The notes: a model not told the origin generated them from the letters alone. A stretch of 64,000 nucleotides of DNA from Macrostomum lignano (GCA_002269645.1 NIVC01002974.1:64127-128126), one strand, 5' to 3'. Shown: positions 1 to 12,109, counted from the first letter of the stretch. A program made the numbers and translations.

Positions 1-3000
1 TACCTGGCCACCAGTAAGCAGATCGCAGGAGACGCTTCATCCTCACAATGCCGGGGTGTCCTTCATGCGCGCGTTTTAGTATTTGCGGTTGTAGTTTAGA
101 AGGCGGCACAATTTGTTCGCCACGAAATAAAATGTTCTTGTCAATTGTCAGTTCATCCTGGACTTGTCGAAAGGCACTAGCTTCCGATCGTTTGTCGATA
201 GGTCTGGAGAGTCGCGTAGCTTCCATTACAATCTGCAATAGCTCATCGGTCTTCGTCAGTTCTTGCAAGTTCTGCATATTTATGTTAATTGCACTGCTGA
301 CTGCAAGGATGCTCTTGACCGTATTTTCGTTGTCCATATCGACATCTCTTATTCCGTCGTTAATGGGGAGCCGCGAAAGGGCATCAGCCACCTTGTTGGT
401 GCTTCCTGGCTTGTAGATAATATCGTAACTGAATTCGGACAGTCTTACAAGCCAGCGAGTGAATTTAGCTGATTTTGTCTTATTAGTGTGGTGTCGAAGA
501 AGACTTGTGAGCGCTGAATGATCGGTCTGCAGGGTGAACTGCCGTCCAAGCAGATATTTGGCAAAATGCTCACATGCCCAGACGCAAGCGAGGGCTTCGT
601 GCTCGTTCACTGCGTAGTTTCGTTCCCTATCAGACAGTGTGTGTGACGCGAAAGAGATAGGTACTTCGTTACCATTCGGCTGTCGTTGCGAAAGGACCGC
701 TCCTATTCCAACATCTGATGCGTCTGTTGTCAGGATCGTCGGCAAGTTTGGGTCAAAAATAGCCAGTTCAAGGCGTTCGTGGAGCAGCGACTTCACTCGT
801 TCGAAGGCTTTTTGCTGCTTTTCTCCCCAGATAAACCTCTGGTGCTTTCTTGTCAACATTCGTAGGGGCTCTGTAACGTTAGCCAAGCCTGGCAGGAAGT
901 TCGAATGGTAGTTGATCAATCCAAGGAAGGATCGAAGTTCTTCGGAATTCTTCGGTGCCGGTGTATTCTTGATAGCCTCTAGCTTCGCGGGGTCGGACTC
1001 GACGTTCCCAAGTTCGTTGATAATGTAGCCAAGGAAAGGCACTCGTTCTTTTCGGAGTATTGACTTGGCGGTGTTGATTCGGAAGTCTTTTTCGTGCAGC
1101 AACTTCAGAACCTTCCTTAGTTCTTCGTCGTGCTCCGCGATGGTCTTTCCGAAAACGAGAATATCGTCAATGTATGCAATCGTGTGATCACAACCAACTA
1201 GTGTGTTGCTAACGCATCGTTGAAATACGGATGTGGAGTCCACCAAGCCCATTGGCAGTCTATTGTAGGCATAAAGTCCGATCGGGGTTGCAGTTGTGGT
1301 TAAATGCTTGCTTTCTTCGTCCAGCTCAATGTGGAAGTAGGCGCGCTTTAAATCAATCTTAGACTTGTAGCGGGCGCCTCGGAGCTTCAGAAAGAGGTCG
1401 TTGATGTTTGGTACGGGGTACCGGTCAGGGACTACAAACTTGTTCAGGTGCGACAGGTCAGTTGTAATCCGTACGCTTCCGTCGGCTTTCCACACGGTAA
1501 CCAAACCGTTGACCCACGAACTTTTCTCGATTGGGCTCCAGATTCCGCATTCCTCCATTTGTTTGATCTCTGTGATGGCAGCCTCTTGGCGGGCAAACGG
1601 AATTGTCCTAGTGGGGATGCACTTGGGAATTGCATCAGAGCGAATTGTAATTTTATGTGTGTGGTCCGGGAAGGTTCCCAGTGACTCCTCGGACAACTTA
1701 GGAAATTGTTTTTTGACCTCGCTGAATTGGTCAGAAATGGCTGAAACCTGCATCGATGATCCGTCGAACTTCAGTCCCAGGAAGTTGATGAGATCCAGGC
1801 CGACAATTGCTTTCAGGCGATCCTGCGTGACGAACAAATTCGCTTCGACTGAACGATCTAGGACCCTCACATTTGCTGTGATACAACCAAGGACGTCCGA
1901 TATGCTAGAGTTGTCGTAATTCACAAGAGAAGAGGATGTCGGCTTGATTTTGCACTCTGGCCAAATGCGCTTGAGGTCGGACTTTCGGATAGTCGATACT
2001 TCGGCAGCCGTGTCGAGGAGAGCGCTGTAGCTGCCTCTCTTGCCTACAAGGGTGACTTCGACGGACGGCGTCTCGTGTCTGCTGACCAGTCCCACCTTCT
2101 CGCGGACATGGTTGACGCTCTTCTTCTGGGTTCTCCTCTGGGATATTATACACTGCGCTGCAAAATGGTTAGGTTTTCCACATCCTTTGCACAATTTTCC
2201 AAGGGCTGGACACTTTGGGTCACGATAGAGATGAGTGTTGGATCCGCAACCCATGCACTGCTTATTATGTTGTTTTCCCTTGTCAAAGCGTGCGGGTGGG
2301 GCACCGGCATCTGCTTTCCGTCGACGTGGCGGCCCACTTTTAGAGCTCGGCTGGCTTTGCACTTGCTGAACTGGGGCTGGAGCGCCGCTTCGGATTATCT
2401 GGCCGGTCTCGGTGGCTGCTTCATCGGCCCGCATAGCGGTCAGAAACGTCTGCAGATCGATGGCTTGCTCAGTTAATAGCTTCTCCTGGGTGCTCTTTGA
2501 CGCGCAGCCGATGACAAGCTGCATTGCCAGTTGGCGGTCTTCGCCGGCTCCGTACTCGCAGTCCGTGATTAGCGTGCGAAGGGCAGTAAAGTAGTCATTT
2601 ACCGACTCGCCCGTTTCTTGCTTGCGGCGTCGAAACTCATGTTCGGCTCGGACGGGGTTTTTCGCCGTTGAAAATATTGGCTTCAGCTCATCGACATACT
2701 CTGTGAAGCTGGAGTTCTCTTTGTCCGTCACGCAGTGTGCGTAGAGAATTCGTCTTCCTTCAGACCCCAAAGACGTACGCAGAAATGCTTTCTTAAAAGC
2801 CTCCGAGAGCTGTGTGCCTGTTGTCGTCTCTGTAAGGTAGTAGAAATCCGATACCTCTCTTTGCCAGATGTCCCACTTGGTTGTCGGATCGCCAGGTAGC
2901 TCCAGAAACTTGGACGGTTGGGGTATTGAGACGCGGATTGCTTGGTGATTCGTCGTCGAGGCCAATGGTTCTTGGCTCGTATTCGGCTTTCCTACCGGCG

Positions 3001-3019
3001 GTGGCGTCTTTGGCGGCAT
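1..3019 (-). CDS. Ty3/Gypsy (Mag-like) gag-pol polyprotein; runs off the window start within integrase
   Basis: Manual translation from ATG at 3019 (MPPKTPPP...). Two zinc knuckles CMGCGSNTHLYRDPKC and CKGCGKPNHFAAQC, protease LLDTAAEV, RT YIDD (codon at 1174), RNase H TDASDVGIGAVL / TDHSAL / VADALSR, integrase HEGHPGIVRMKRLLRSAYWWPG. Start, YIDD and last codon share one frame. It is missing from the ORF track because no stop lies in the window. Confidence 0.95.
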   Translation of the reverse strand, partial: MPPKTPPPVGKPNTSQEPLASTTNHQAIRVSIPQPSKFLELPGDPTTKWDIWQREVSDFYYLTETTTGTQLSEAFKKAFLRTSLGSEGRRILYAHCVTDKENSSFTEYVDELKPIFSTAKNPVRAEHEFRRRKQETGESVNDYFTALRTLITDCEYGAGEDRQLAMQLVIGCASKSTQEKLLTEQAIDLQTFLTAMRADEAATETGQIIRSGAPAPVQQVQSQPSSKSGPPRRRKADAGAPPARFDKGKQHNKQCMGCGSNTHLYRDPKCPALGKLCKGCGKPNHFAAQCIISQRRTQKKSVNHVREKVGLVSRHETPSVEVTLVGKRGSYSALLDTAAEVSTIRKSDLKRIWPECKIKPTSSSLVNYDNSSISDVLGCITANVRVLDRSVEANLFVTQDRLKAIVGLDLINFLGLKFDGSSMQVSAISDQFSEVKKQFPKLSEESLGTFPDHTHKITIRSDAIPKCIPTRTIPFARQEAAITEIKQMEECGIWSPIEKSSWVNGLVTVWKADGSVRITTDLSHLNKFVVPDRYPVPNINDLFLKLRGARYKSKIDLKRAYFHIELDEESKHLTTTATPIGLYAYNRLPMGLVDSTSVFQRCVSNTLVGCDHTIAYIDDILVFGKTIAEHDEELRKVLKLLHEKDFRINTAKSILRKERVPFLGYIINELGNVESDPAKLEAIKNTPAPKNSEELRSFLGLINYHSNFLPGLANVTEPLRMLTRKHQRFIWGEKQQKAFERVKSLLHERLELAIFDPNLPTILTTDASDVGIGAVLSQRQPNGNEVPISFASHTLSDRERNYAVNEHEALACVWACEHFAKYLLGRQFTLQTDHSALTSLLRHHTNKTKSAKFTRWLVRLSEFSYDIIYKPGSTNKVADALSRLPINDGIRDVDMDNENTVKSILAVSSAININMQNLQELTKTDELLQIVMEATRLSRPIDKRSEASAFRQVQDELTIDKNILFRGEQIVPPSKLQPQILKRAHEGHPGIVRMKRLLRSAYWWPG

Positions 3020-3044
3020 CGGTTCGCAAATCCTCGTCGCCAAT

Positions 3045-3234
3045 TGATGTGTTTGGAAATGAAATCGTAGTGTTAATTCGTAAAGTAATTTGTATATTTA
3101 TTTTCACTCCGAAGAGTGGAATCGTAAGCAAGCGCAGTTCTGAGAAAACAAAGTTCGTCTGGGCCGTCTCTCTTTCAAGAGAGCAAGCGTTAGGAGGTTA
3201 GGCCATAGATGTGCTTCGACTAAACCACACATCA
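3045..3234 (-). mobile_element. 5' LTR (about 190 bp) of the Gypsy element with adjacent primer-binding site
   Basis: Bounded by a 7-bp inverted repeat TGATGTG...CACATCA. On the minus strand it is followed by TGGCGACGAGGA (PBS-like, 3031-3042), just upstream of the gag ATG. Confidence 0.8.
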
Positions 3235-3369
3235 ATATACAGAACCGTAACAAATGGGTAAAAAGATACAACGCTATAGGCAATAAGAAGTTTAATTTAC
3301 CACGGATTACTGGAAGCATTCAAGATAAGGACACAAAAAAAAGAAGCTCGACAGATACAAAAAAATTGT

Positions 3370-3829
3370 TGAAGAACTAAAGAATTCCATCAGGAGAATC
3401 GACACAAACGGACCTTCGATTCAAGTCCTCGCTGGAACTACGACGATTCAAGTCTTCGCAGAAGGAAGTCATAATATTGAAGATGTTACCAAACAACTTG
3501 AAGCCATTCAGGAGATGATCAAAAAGCAAGACAACGCAGCACTTCAATATGGAATTCAAGCCGGCAACATCTATCTAAACATGGAGAGAGTCCTAACAAA
3601 ATCGAAGTTTATGACTCTTAAGAAAAATACGGTGTTTACTCCTCAATGGATAGGATTTCTAATGAAGATCGCGGAGCTCGCCGATCAATTCGAGTTCTTC
3701 AAAAGATCGACTCTGTCTCTAAACAAGCTCTACTCTAACAGCAAATACCTGGACACTGCCTTGGAAGAATTGAAAGTGTTTGAAGACAGCGAGATGGAAG
3801 TGGATCCGCTGGAGTCGCAGCCTGAATGA
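3370..3829 (+). pseudogene. Unknown AT-rich ORF fragment, probably part of the virus-like scaffold
   Basis: Frame open from about 3370 (KKIVEELKNSIRRID...) through ORF 3515-3829. No recognised domain; composition matches the neighbouring primase/PolB relics. Confidence 0.3.
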
Positions 3830-4639
3830 AAGTGGTACTTTCAAAATTTGAGGTGGGCGTCTATCATAACAGCCAATGACATTTTAGCAAACTATTTTAC
3901 TTATGCAAGTAGTAAATGTAACATCTTTAACACAATTTTTACTACAACAATTTTTTACTATTTTTAACACAACTTTGCAAAAATAATTTATAAAAGTTTA
4001 TAAACTACAGGATTTTGCAAAACTAATTTTAAGTTTAAAAAGCTATTAATTTTTTTATATAAAAAATAGAAGTTAAAAATCCAAACATTACTGGAGAACT
4101 ACCCCAAAGATATTACGATGATGTTGTGAATTTTTCTGGTACCAAAGATTCTATAAAACGAGATGAAATGATTGCCGAGATGCAATATATGTTCTTTCGA
4201 TATAAGGAATTAGTAAAAAGATATGGAGCAAATAAATGTCCTCCACACCTTCAGCTCGTATACTTTTCGAGTATATCTTGCAAGTATTAATAAGTGGAAT
4301 TTAGTTAATAGACAAAGAATAAGAAATGATGGATTTTTCGTTATGTTAACATTGAACATTTTCTGACTGCCCATAACTCTTGAGAATTATATTGATTCGT
4401 CAAAATTATATGCTTCATTTTTTCAATAATAAAATGGAAGGAGATTTTGCCAATTCTGATGATATCTTTCTTGAAGCTTCTAATGGTAATGGAGAGAAGA
4501 AAAGAATCGAAGTACTTAGAGAACTTAATGATAATGATTATAATGATTATGTCAATATATATATAACAATCGAAAATTTAGAATCGGCACTTGTAATATA
4601 CTTTGGGATTCTGAAAATAATAAGAAGATTCCAGTAGAT

Positions 4640-6177
4640 ATGTCAACTAAAGAAGATAGAGAATCAGAAGAACCGCCAAGATATCCAGAAAAACATAACA
4701 TGATTTGGATAGCAACCAAAGAATCTAACCTATCTGTTATAGATGTTGACGATGCCGAAAAGTGTCCAAAATTGAACGAGTTATGTCAAAAACTTTGTAA
4801 ATGGAGTGTTAAAACAAGAAAAGGATATCATTATTACTTTAGAAAAGTTGAGGGACTGAAAACGACAATCCGACAAGATTTGGGATTTGATATATTTGAT
4901 AATTTGATTTGATTTGATTTGATTTGATAATATATGCTCCTCCTGGATTTTATTATGCTAATAATAAGGTTAAATATTGGATTGTTCCAATAGACGAAGG
5001 TAAAGGTAGTAGAATAATTGATATGCCAAAGGAAATTTTAGATGAGGTTAATAGATTCTTAAAACCAAAAAATATACAAAAGAAACGAACGAATCATAGA
5101 GTTATTGAAACTAATCAAGATTATGAAATGATTGTAGAATTACTTAAAATCATTCAAGATAAAAATCAAGAATACGAGAGTTGGAGAAATACTGCCTTTG
5201 CCCTTCATAATTTTGATAATAGTGAAAATATGTTTAATGTCTTTGCTAATTGGTCGAAAGTCGATTATGCTAATTATGATCTAAGTGTATGTGAAAATTT
5301 ATGGAATTCTATTAAAGATAATACTAAAGATGGAATAACTATAGGAACTTTAAAGTCTTGGGCTAAAGAAAAAATATTGAAGAATATGAAAATTGGCTTA
5401 ATAAATATAATAAATATGCAGAAATCACTTTTCTCGATAATAACTTCTCTGATGACAACATTAATAAACGTTTACGTAAATATATGGAAGGCCGTCTGAT
5501 TTATAACAACGAAGGCATATACTATTTTACTAATGAGAGAAGATGGAAAAGAATTAATATAAAAGATAAATTAACAGAGATTTTAAGCCCTATTACTAAA
5601 CAACTTGAGGAAAGGAAAGAATATTTTGAGAAAATAATAAGAGAAGATGAAAAGATAAGCCTAAATAAAAAGTTAAAACAAACAAAGAAAAACCTTGAAT
5701 ATATACAGACTAATACAAATAAAGAAAATATTAGTAGTTCATTTGGGGAAAATTACGCAAATAATAAAATTGGATTTGATATAAAACAATATATAATAGG
5801 TTTCGAGGATGGAGTTTTTGATTTAGAGAAAAATGAATTTAGAGAATATCGTCACGATGATTATGGGCCGTATGCAGAAAGCTCTGTCTAGGGTAGTCCG
5901 GTCTTGAAAAGCTAGTCTAGACTAGGATTTGGTATACAGAAACACAAAGTTAGACCGGTCTACTATAGACAGAACTAGGGTAGCTAGACCATAGACTATA
6001 GACTGAACTACCCAAGTCCGGACTAGCTAGTCTGGACTAAGCTTTCTGCATACGGCCCTATGTATCTATGTCTGTTGGATATAATTACTCGGATGTTTTG
6101 AATGTAAGTGATGAGGATTATAATTTCATTAAACAACTACATGAAAAGATTCATCCAGATGAAGAGAATAGAAAGAG
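4640..6177 (+). pseudogene. Decayed D5-like primase-helicase, N-terminal half (Prim-Pol, PriCT-2 and D5_N domains)
   Basis: VIDVDD...KTRKGYHYYF (Prim-Pol). YESWRNTAFALHN...FANWSK...CENLWNSIK...ITIGTLKSWAKE (PriCT-2). IIGFEDGVFDLEKNEFREYRHDDY-VSMSVGYNY (D5_N). Split over ORFs 4640-4912, 4924-5499, 5484-5891 and 6068 onward; the SF3 helicase Walker motifs are absent. Confidence 0.85.
5865..6058. mobile_element. PIF/Harbinger-like MITE (194 bp)
   Basis: Perfect 19-bp TIRs GGGCCGTATGCAGAAAGCT / AGCTTTCTGCATACGGCCC with a 3-bp TSD (TAT). Removal restores the D5_N reading frame (HDDYVSMSVGY). Confidence 0.9.
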
Positions 6178-7430
6178 TTGGCCAATTCCTACATCTTTCC
6201 AATTTCTAAGGGTCCGCCCCGGAGGGGCTGTGCCCATTACAAATACTAAACCCTATTCTTTTTTCTAACCAATAGAATTTCGGCCCTCGGCCTTGGTTTA
6301 GGGGGGGGGTGGTGCCCGGAGTGAGTAGGTTCTCTGGACTGCAGTGTGGCTAGGACGGGACTGAGCCCCCCCGGGCGTACCCGCCCTGCAGGAAAGAATG
6401 ACCAATTCACAAAGGTGTACGGTAGACCCAGTAGACTGCCAGCCCTGAGGCTGTGCACCCGGGCTGCAGGTCGGCAAGCTGCCTGCTTTAGGGCTATGGT
6501 GCTCCTCCTTTCTGCCATTCTTTTTTTCTGGGCTGGCATCCCAGCGCTGTTTTATCCCTTTAGCTTTGTGCCTTTGTGGCTTTTATTATTTTATCTGGCC
6601 ACTAGAAGCCTTCCAATATTCGGAGTTATGAGCTCTGCCCTTGCCCGGTCCACCTTGCCCTGTCCTCGGGTCCATCTCCTGGCTCCTGCTGAAGGTCCCT
6701 GCTTGCGTGTCTCTGGCTCTCATCCTGACAGTGGATTGGTGTCCTGGGAAGGATGTTCGTCCCGAACCGGGGACAACCGGCTGAGTCCGGAGTCCTCTTG
6801 CCCTGGGTGCCTCTTTTCCCGACCCCTTGGCCTGGCCCCCTAAATTGAGCTGGATAGGCGATGCCCTTGGGTTGGTAGCAATAGAGGCGTTGGAGTCCTG
6901 GCCTCGCCTGGAGTCTCCCCCTCGGATACAAGCCTTCCAGACTCACTCCAAAATAGAGCTGGGTAGTGAAAAGCCTTGAGGCTCGAGACCTTCAGGGCGC
7001 CCTGTAAGGATCGCACTTGGTAATTAGCTGCCCAGACTCGCTCCAATAGTTTACGCCATTTCCTAGGTTTAGGAGTAACTCCTCACTCGGACCGCTTTCT
7101 TAGTAGTATTCCAAGCATTTCGCTCTCCAATTTTTCTGCGCGCTCCCAAAGACTCGCTAGCTGGGGGGGGGGGGGTGGCCTGGGTGGACTCGGTCCTAGC
7201 ACCGTCCCTGATTCCACTGTTGGTTTGGCGGTGTCTTGTACCGTAGGCTTGGGTCAACTCGCCCACCCGCGCTTTGAGCCGGGTCCAATCCCAATGCATC
7301 CATGGGGTATCTCGGGCCCTGGACTGCTAATGCCTTGGCCCCTGGTAGTGCCCCTCGCGGCAGAGCCCACCTCGGGCTGATCCGCGGGTAGCTAAGCTTC
7401 CCACCCTCGTTTAACAACAACAACAACAAA
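6178..7430 (+). mobile_element. GC-rich insertion ending in an (AAC)n tail; possible 3' fragment of a non-LTR retroelement
   Basis: Sharp composition shift from AT-rich flanks and a terminal aacaacaacaacaacaa. No TSD or RT motif found; the left boundary is approximate. Confidence 0.35.
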
Positions 7431-7880
7431 TTCTATAAATTCATGCAACCAATCACTTTCTTTAAATGAAATAATTATATGTATCTTTGTAAATTTCATT
7501 CCAAGACTTTTATAAAATTCAAGAACTCGATGATGTAAAACATATTTCGTTTTATCATGAAATGTTAACATTAACTTTGGGAGTTTACTTTTTCCTCTCT
7601 TCTCAATTTCTAGATATTGTTTCTGAATATCGGAAAATTCATTTACATTTATTGTTCTTTTTTTCAGGAGCTCTTTCTTCAGTATACTCAAGATCAACTT
7701 CTAAAATATACCCACGACCTTCAACTGGATTATAATTACTTTCGAATCTAAAATCACTAGTGGGAAGATTCATCATCATCGCTTCACCATATAAATTATT
7801 CTTGCCTAAATATAACACATAAGAAGTCTCGAGATTTTTGTCATAATCTTCGAGATATTTATTATTAATTTTTTTATATA
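7431..7880 (-). pseudogene. Polinton/Maverick-type protein-primed PolB, downstream fragment
   Basis: NNKYLEDYDKNLETSYVLYLGKNNLYGEAMMMNLP (motif A, catalytic D replaced by G), GYILEVDLEY, and KLMLTFHDKTKYVLHHRVLEFYKSLGMKFTKIHIIISFKESDWLHEFIEF. Confidence 0.9.
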
Positions 7881-8464
7881 TCCTATATACTAAAAATGAA
7901 ATGTCTGTGTGTATGTGTGAGATAGATTCCAGAAAAAACGGCTCAACCGATTTTCTTCAAACTTGCACCATTCGATCAGAAATTTTCCTGGGACGGTACA
8001 TGCATCTTGGCTAAGAAATTGCTCAATGTTAAAGGGATTAAATATTCGAAAAACATGCTTTTTTGCAAAGGTCAAGCAAACTTTTCGACTTGAAATGCAT
8101 TGTAAGAATGCTAGAGAAAAAACTGACTGGCTCAATTCCGATTGTGATAAAGATTGCATCACAACAAGTTGAAAACAGTGCCGAAAAAATGCACACACGA
8201 CTTGATTTAAATTGCGTAACCAATATTGCTAACTTGAATTGAGACTGATACTGGCTGACTGAGAAATTGATTATGTCATAACTTTCTACTCCAATTGACT
8301 TGCCGTAAGAATTGAATTATAAGGGCCACAATTCATGTTCTCCAATTGAAAAGAGATAGCCCTGATGCGAACAGACTGGAATGCTAATGTAGTGACCTGG
8401 GTTCGAATCTTAGTAGTGCAAAGAGATTTTTTTATTAAAACACCTTAAAAACACAACAAAACTG

Positions 8465-10625
8465 CTAAACATCAAAGAAGCGCAATTTCAAACATAGAAG
8501 AGCCAACATATCGAACATAAGAGTTACCATGTCAAACATAGAAGAGCCACCATGTCGAACATTAAAGAGCCACCATGTCAAACATAAAAGAGCCAGCATG
8601 TCAAACATAAAAGAGCCACCATGTCAAACATAAAAGAGCCACCATTTCGAACATTAAAGAGCCGCCATGTCAAACATTTAAGAGCCACCATGTCGAACAT
8701 AAAAGAGCCACCATTTCGAACATTAAAGAGCCACCATGTCAAACATTTAAGAGCCACCATGTCGAATATAAAAGAGCCACCATTTCGAACATTAAAGAGC
8801 CACCATGTCAAACATTTAAGAGCCACCATGTCAAACATTAAAGAGCCACTTTGTCGAACATTAAAGAGCCACCATGTCAAACATAAAAAGCCAACATGTC
8901 AGACATTAAAAAGCCACCGTATCAAACATAAAAGAGTTACCATGTAGAACAAAAAAGATCCACCATGTCAAACATAAAGAGCCACCATGTCAAACATAAC
9001 GAGCCACCATGTCAAAAATTTAGGAGCCACCATGTAGAATATTAAAGAGCCACCATGTCGAACATAAAAAAGCCACCATGTAAAATATTAAAGAGCCACC
9101 ATGTCAAACATTCAAGAGCCACCATGTCAAACATATATGTGACTTTATGTCAAACATTAAAGAGCCACCATGTCGAACATTAAAGAGCCACCATGTCGAA
9201 CATTAAAGAGCCACCATGTCAAACATTAAAGAGCCACCATGTCGAACATTAAAGAGCCACCATGTCCAACATATATGTGACTCCATGTCAAAAATGAAGG
9301 AGCCATCATGTCAAACATAAAAGAGCCGCCATGTCAAACATAAAAGGACCACCATGTCAAACATTAAAGAGCCACCATGTCGAACATAAAAGAGCCACCA
9401 TGTCTAACATTAAAGAGCCAACATGTCGAACATTAAAGAGCCACCATGTCGAACATTAAAGAGCCACCATGTCAAACATTAAAGAGCCACCATGTCAAAC
9501 ATTAAAGAGCCACCATGTCAAACATTAAAGAACCACCATGTCAAACATTAAAGAGCCACAATGTCCAACATATACGTGACTCCATGTCAGACATTAAAGA
9601 GCCATCAAGTCAAACATTAAGGAGCCACCATTGCAGACAGTAAAGAGCCACCATGTCAAACATTAAAGAGCCACCATGTCTAACATTACAGAGCCACCAT
9701 TTCGAACATTAAAGAGCCACCATGTCTAACTTTAAGGAGCCACCATGTCAAACATTAAAGAGCCACCATGTCAAACATTAAAGAGCCATCATGTAGAACA
9801 TTAAAAAGCCACTATGTCAAACAATAAAGAGCCACCATGTCAAAAAATAAAGAGCCACCATGTCAAACATAAAAGAGCCACCATGTAGAATATTAAAGAG
9901 CCACCATGTAGAATTTTAAAGAGCCACCATGTTAAACAAAAAAGAGCCATTATGTCGAACATAAAAGAGCGACCATGTAAAACATTAAAGAGCCACCATG
10001 CAAACATAAAAGAGCACCATGTCAAACATTTAAGAGCCACCATGTCAAACATAAAAGAGCCACTATGTAAAACATTAATGAGCCACCATGTCAAACAATA
10101 AAGAGCCACCATGTCAAACATAGAAGAGCCACCATGTCAAACATAAAAGAGCCACCATGTCAGATATTAAAAAGCCACCGTATTAAACATAAAAGAGTTA
10201 TCATGTAGAACAAAAAAGAGCTACCATGTCGAACATAAAAGAGCCACCATGTCGAACATTAAAGAGCCACCATGGTAAACATTTAAGAGCCACCATGTCA
10301 AAAAATAAAGAGCCACCATGTCAAACATAGAAGAGCCACCATGTCAAACATTAAAGAGCCACCATGTCAAAAATAGAAGAGCCACCATGTCAAACATAGA
10401 AGAGCCACAACGTCAAACATAGAACAGCCACCATGTCAGACATTGAAAAGCCACCGTATCAAACATAAAAGAGCCACCATGTCAACATAAAAGAGCCACC
10501 ATGTCAACATAAAAGAGCCACCATGTCAACATAAAAGAGCCACCATGTCAAACATTAAAGAGCCACCATGTCAACATAAAAGAGCCACCATGTCAAACAT
10601 TAAAGAGCCACTATGTCAAACATAA
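8465..10625. repeat. About 21-bp minisatellite (AAAGAGCCACCATGTCAAACA[T/A]) inside Helitron 1
   Basis: Contiguous tandem units over about 2.1 kb with no unique spacers. Confidence 0.95.
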
Positions 10626-10719
10626 AAGATACACAATTTCAAACGTAAAAGTAAGCGAATTTTAAAGGAGCCACTATAATGCTAAGGAAATTGTCGCACT
10701 AGCTACTTATTGTCCGGTG

Positions 10720-10825
10720 GATGCTTGCTATCTGGGGGATGCTTACTATTTGGGGGATGCTTGCTATCTGGGGATGCTTGCAATCTGGGGAATGCTTGCT
10801 ATCTGGGGGATGCTTGCTGTCTTGG
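10720..10825. repeat. Short ~19-bp tandem repeat (GGGGATGCTTGCTATCT core)
   Basis: About five degenerate units visible. Confidence 0.7.
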
Positions 10826-11486
10826 GATGATTTCTTTTTGCATTGCACTTCATTTGAGTATTTTGTGTTTTCTTTGTGAAGGCTTTATTTGGCTATCTTT
10901 TTGTTACTTGTAGAGAACAGAGATTCTATACAGATGTCCCCCAACGGGGGGCGAAGATTGCTAGTCTAATATACTAAAAATCCTATATACTAAAAATGAA
11001 AATCTTGCTTGCTTGCTTGCTTGTAATCGATTAGAGAAAAAATGGCTTAACCGATTTTCATGAGACTTGCACTGTTCGATCAGAAATTTTCCCGTGACGG
11101 TACATGCATCGTGGCTAAGAAATTGCTCGATGCTAGAGGCATTAAATATTCGAAAAATATGCTTTTTTGCAAAGGTCAAGCAAACTTTTCGACTTGAAAT
11201 GCATTGTAAGAATGCTAGAGAAAAAATTGACTGGTTTATTCTGATTCTGAAATAGATTGCATCATAACTGAATTGTAACTCCAACTTGAATTGCGTCACA
11301 GTATTGAAAATGCAGTGTGGAAGCGTAGCACCAGACTTGATTTAGATTGCGTAACCATATTGTCAACTTTAATTGAGACTGATACTGACTTGCCTAGGAA
11401 ATTGATTGTCATAACTTTTTTGTGAGTGAGTGTGGAATTATATAAAAGCTACACACTTTTATATAATTCAACACACTACACAAAAC

Positions 11487-12108
11487 TCATAGAAGCGTCA
11501 TGTAAAAGTCATAGAAGCGTCATGTAAACAATCATAGAAGCGTCATGTAAAAGTCATAGAAGCGTCATGTAAACAATCATAGAAGCGTCATGTAAAAGTC
11601 ATAGAAGCGTCATGTAAACAATCATAGAAGCGTCATGTAAACAATCATAGAAGCGTCATGTAAACAATCATAGAAGCGTCATACAAAAAATCATAGAAGC
11701 GTCATGTAAACAATCATAGAAGCGTCATGAAAAATCATAGAAGCGTCATGTAAAAGTCATAGAAGCGTCATGTAAACAATCATAGAAGCGTCATGTAAAC
11801 AATCATGGAAGCGTCATGTAAACAATCATGAAAGCGTCATGTAAACAATCATAGAAGCATCATGTAAACCATCATAGAAGCGTCATGTAAACAATCATAG
11901 AAGCGTCATGTAAACAATCATAGAAGCGTCATGAAAAATCATAGAAGCGTCATGTAAAAGTCATAGAAGCGTCATGTAAACAATCATAGAAGCGTCATGT
12001 AAACAATCATAGAAGCGTCATGTAAACAATCGTAGAAGCGTCATGTAAACAATCATAGAAGCGTCATGTAAACAATCGTAGAAGCGTCATGTAAAAATCA
12101 TAGAAGCA
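11487..12108. repeat. 21/23-bp minisatellite (ATCATAGAAGCGTCATGTAAACA)
   Basis: Tandem array directly upstream of the RepHel coding remnant; degenerate copies recur at about 18110-18180. Confidence 0.95.
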
Positions 12109-12109
12109 A

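Larger units (their letters stand above)
7881..10964 (+). mobile_element. Non-autonomous Helitron (copy 1)
   Basis: 5' end TCCTATATACTAAAAATGAAA follows an A. The 3' end has a GC hairpin (ccccc-aac-gggggg) then CTAG at 10961-10964. The first ~400 bp are shared with the element starting at 10981. Confidence 0.85.

Noticed and set aside
48-2594. Plus-strand ORFs over the Gypsy element, and similar antisense ORFs over RepHel, PLE, WSC and ASL
   Set aside because: These are shadow ORFs opposite recognisable coding frames.
8465-10625. CRISPR-like appearance of the regularly spaced 21-bp repeats (and of other arrays)
   Set aside because: Units are contiguous with no unique spacers, there are no cas genes, and the context is eukaryotic.
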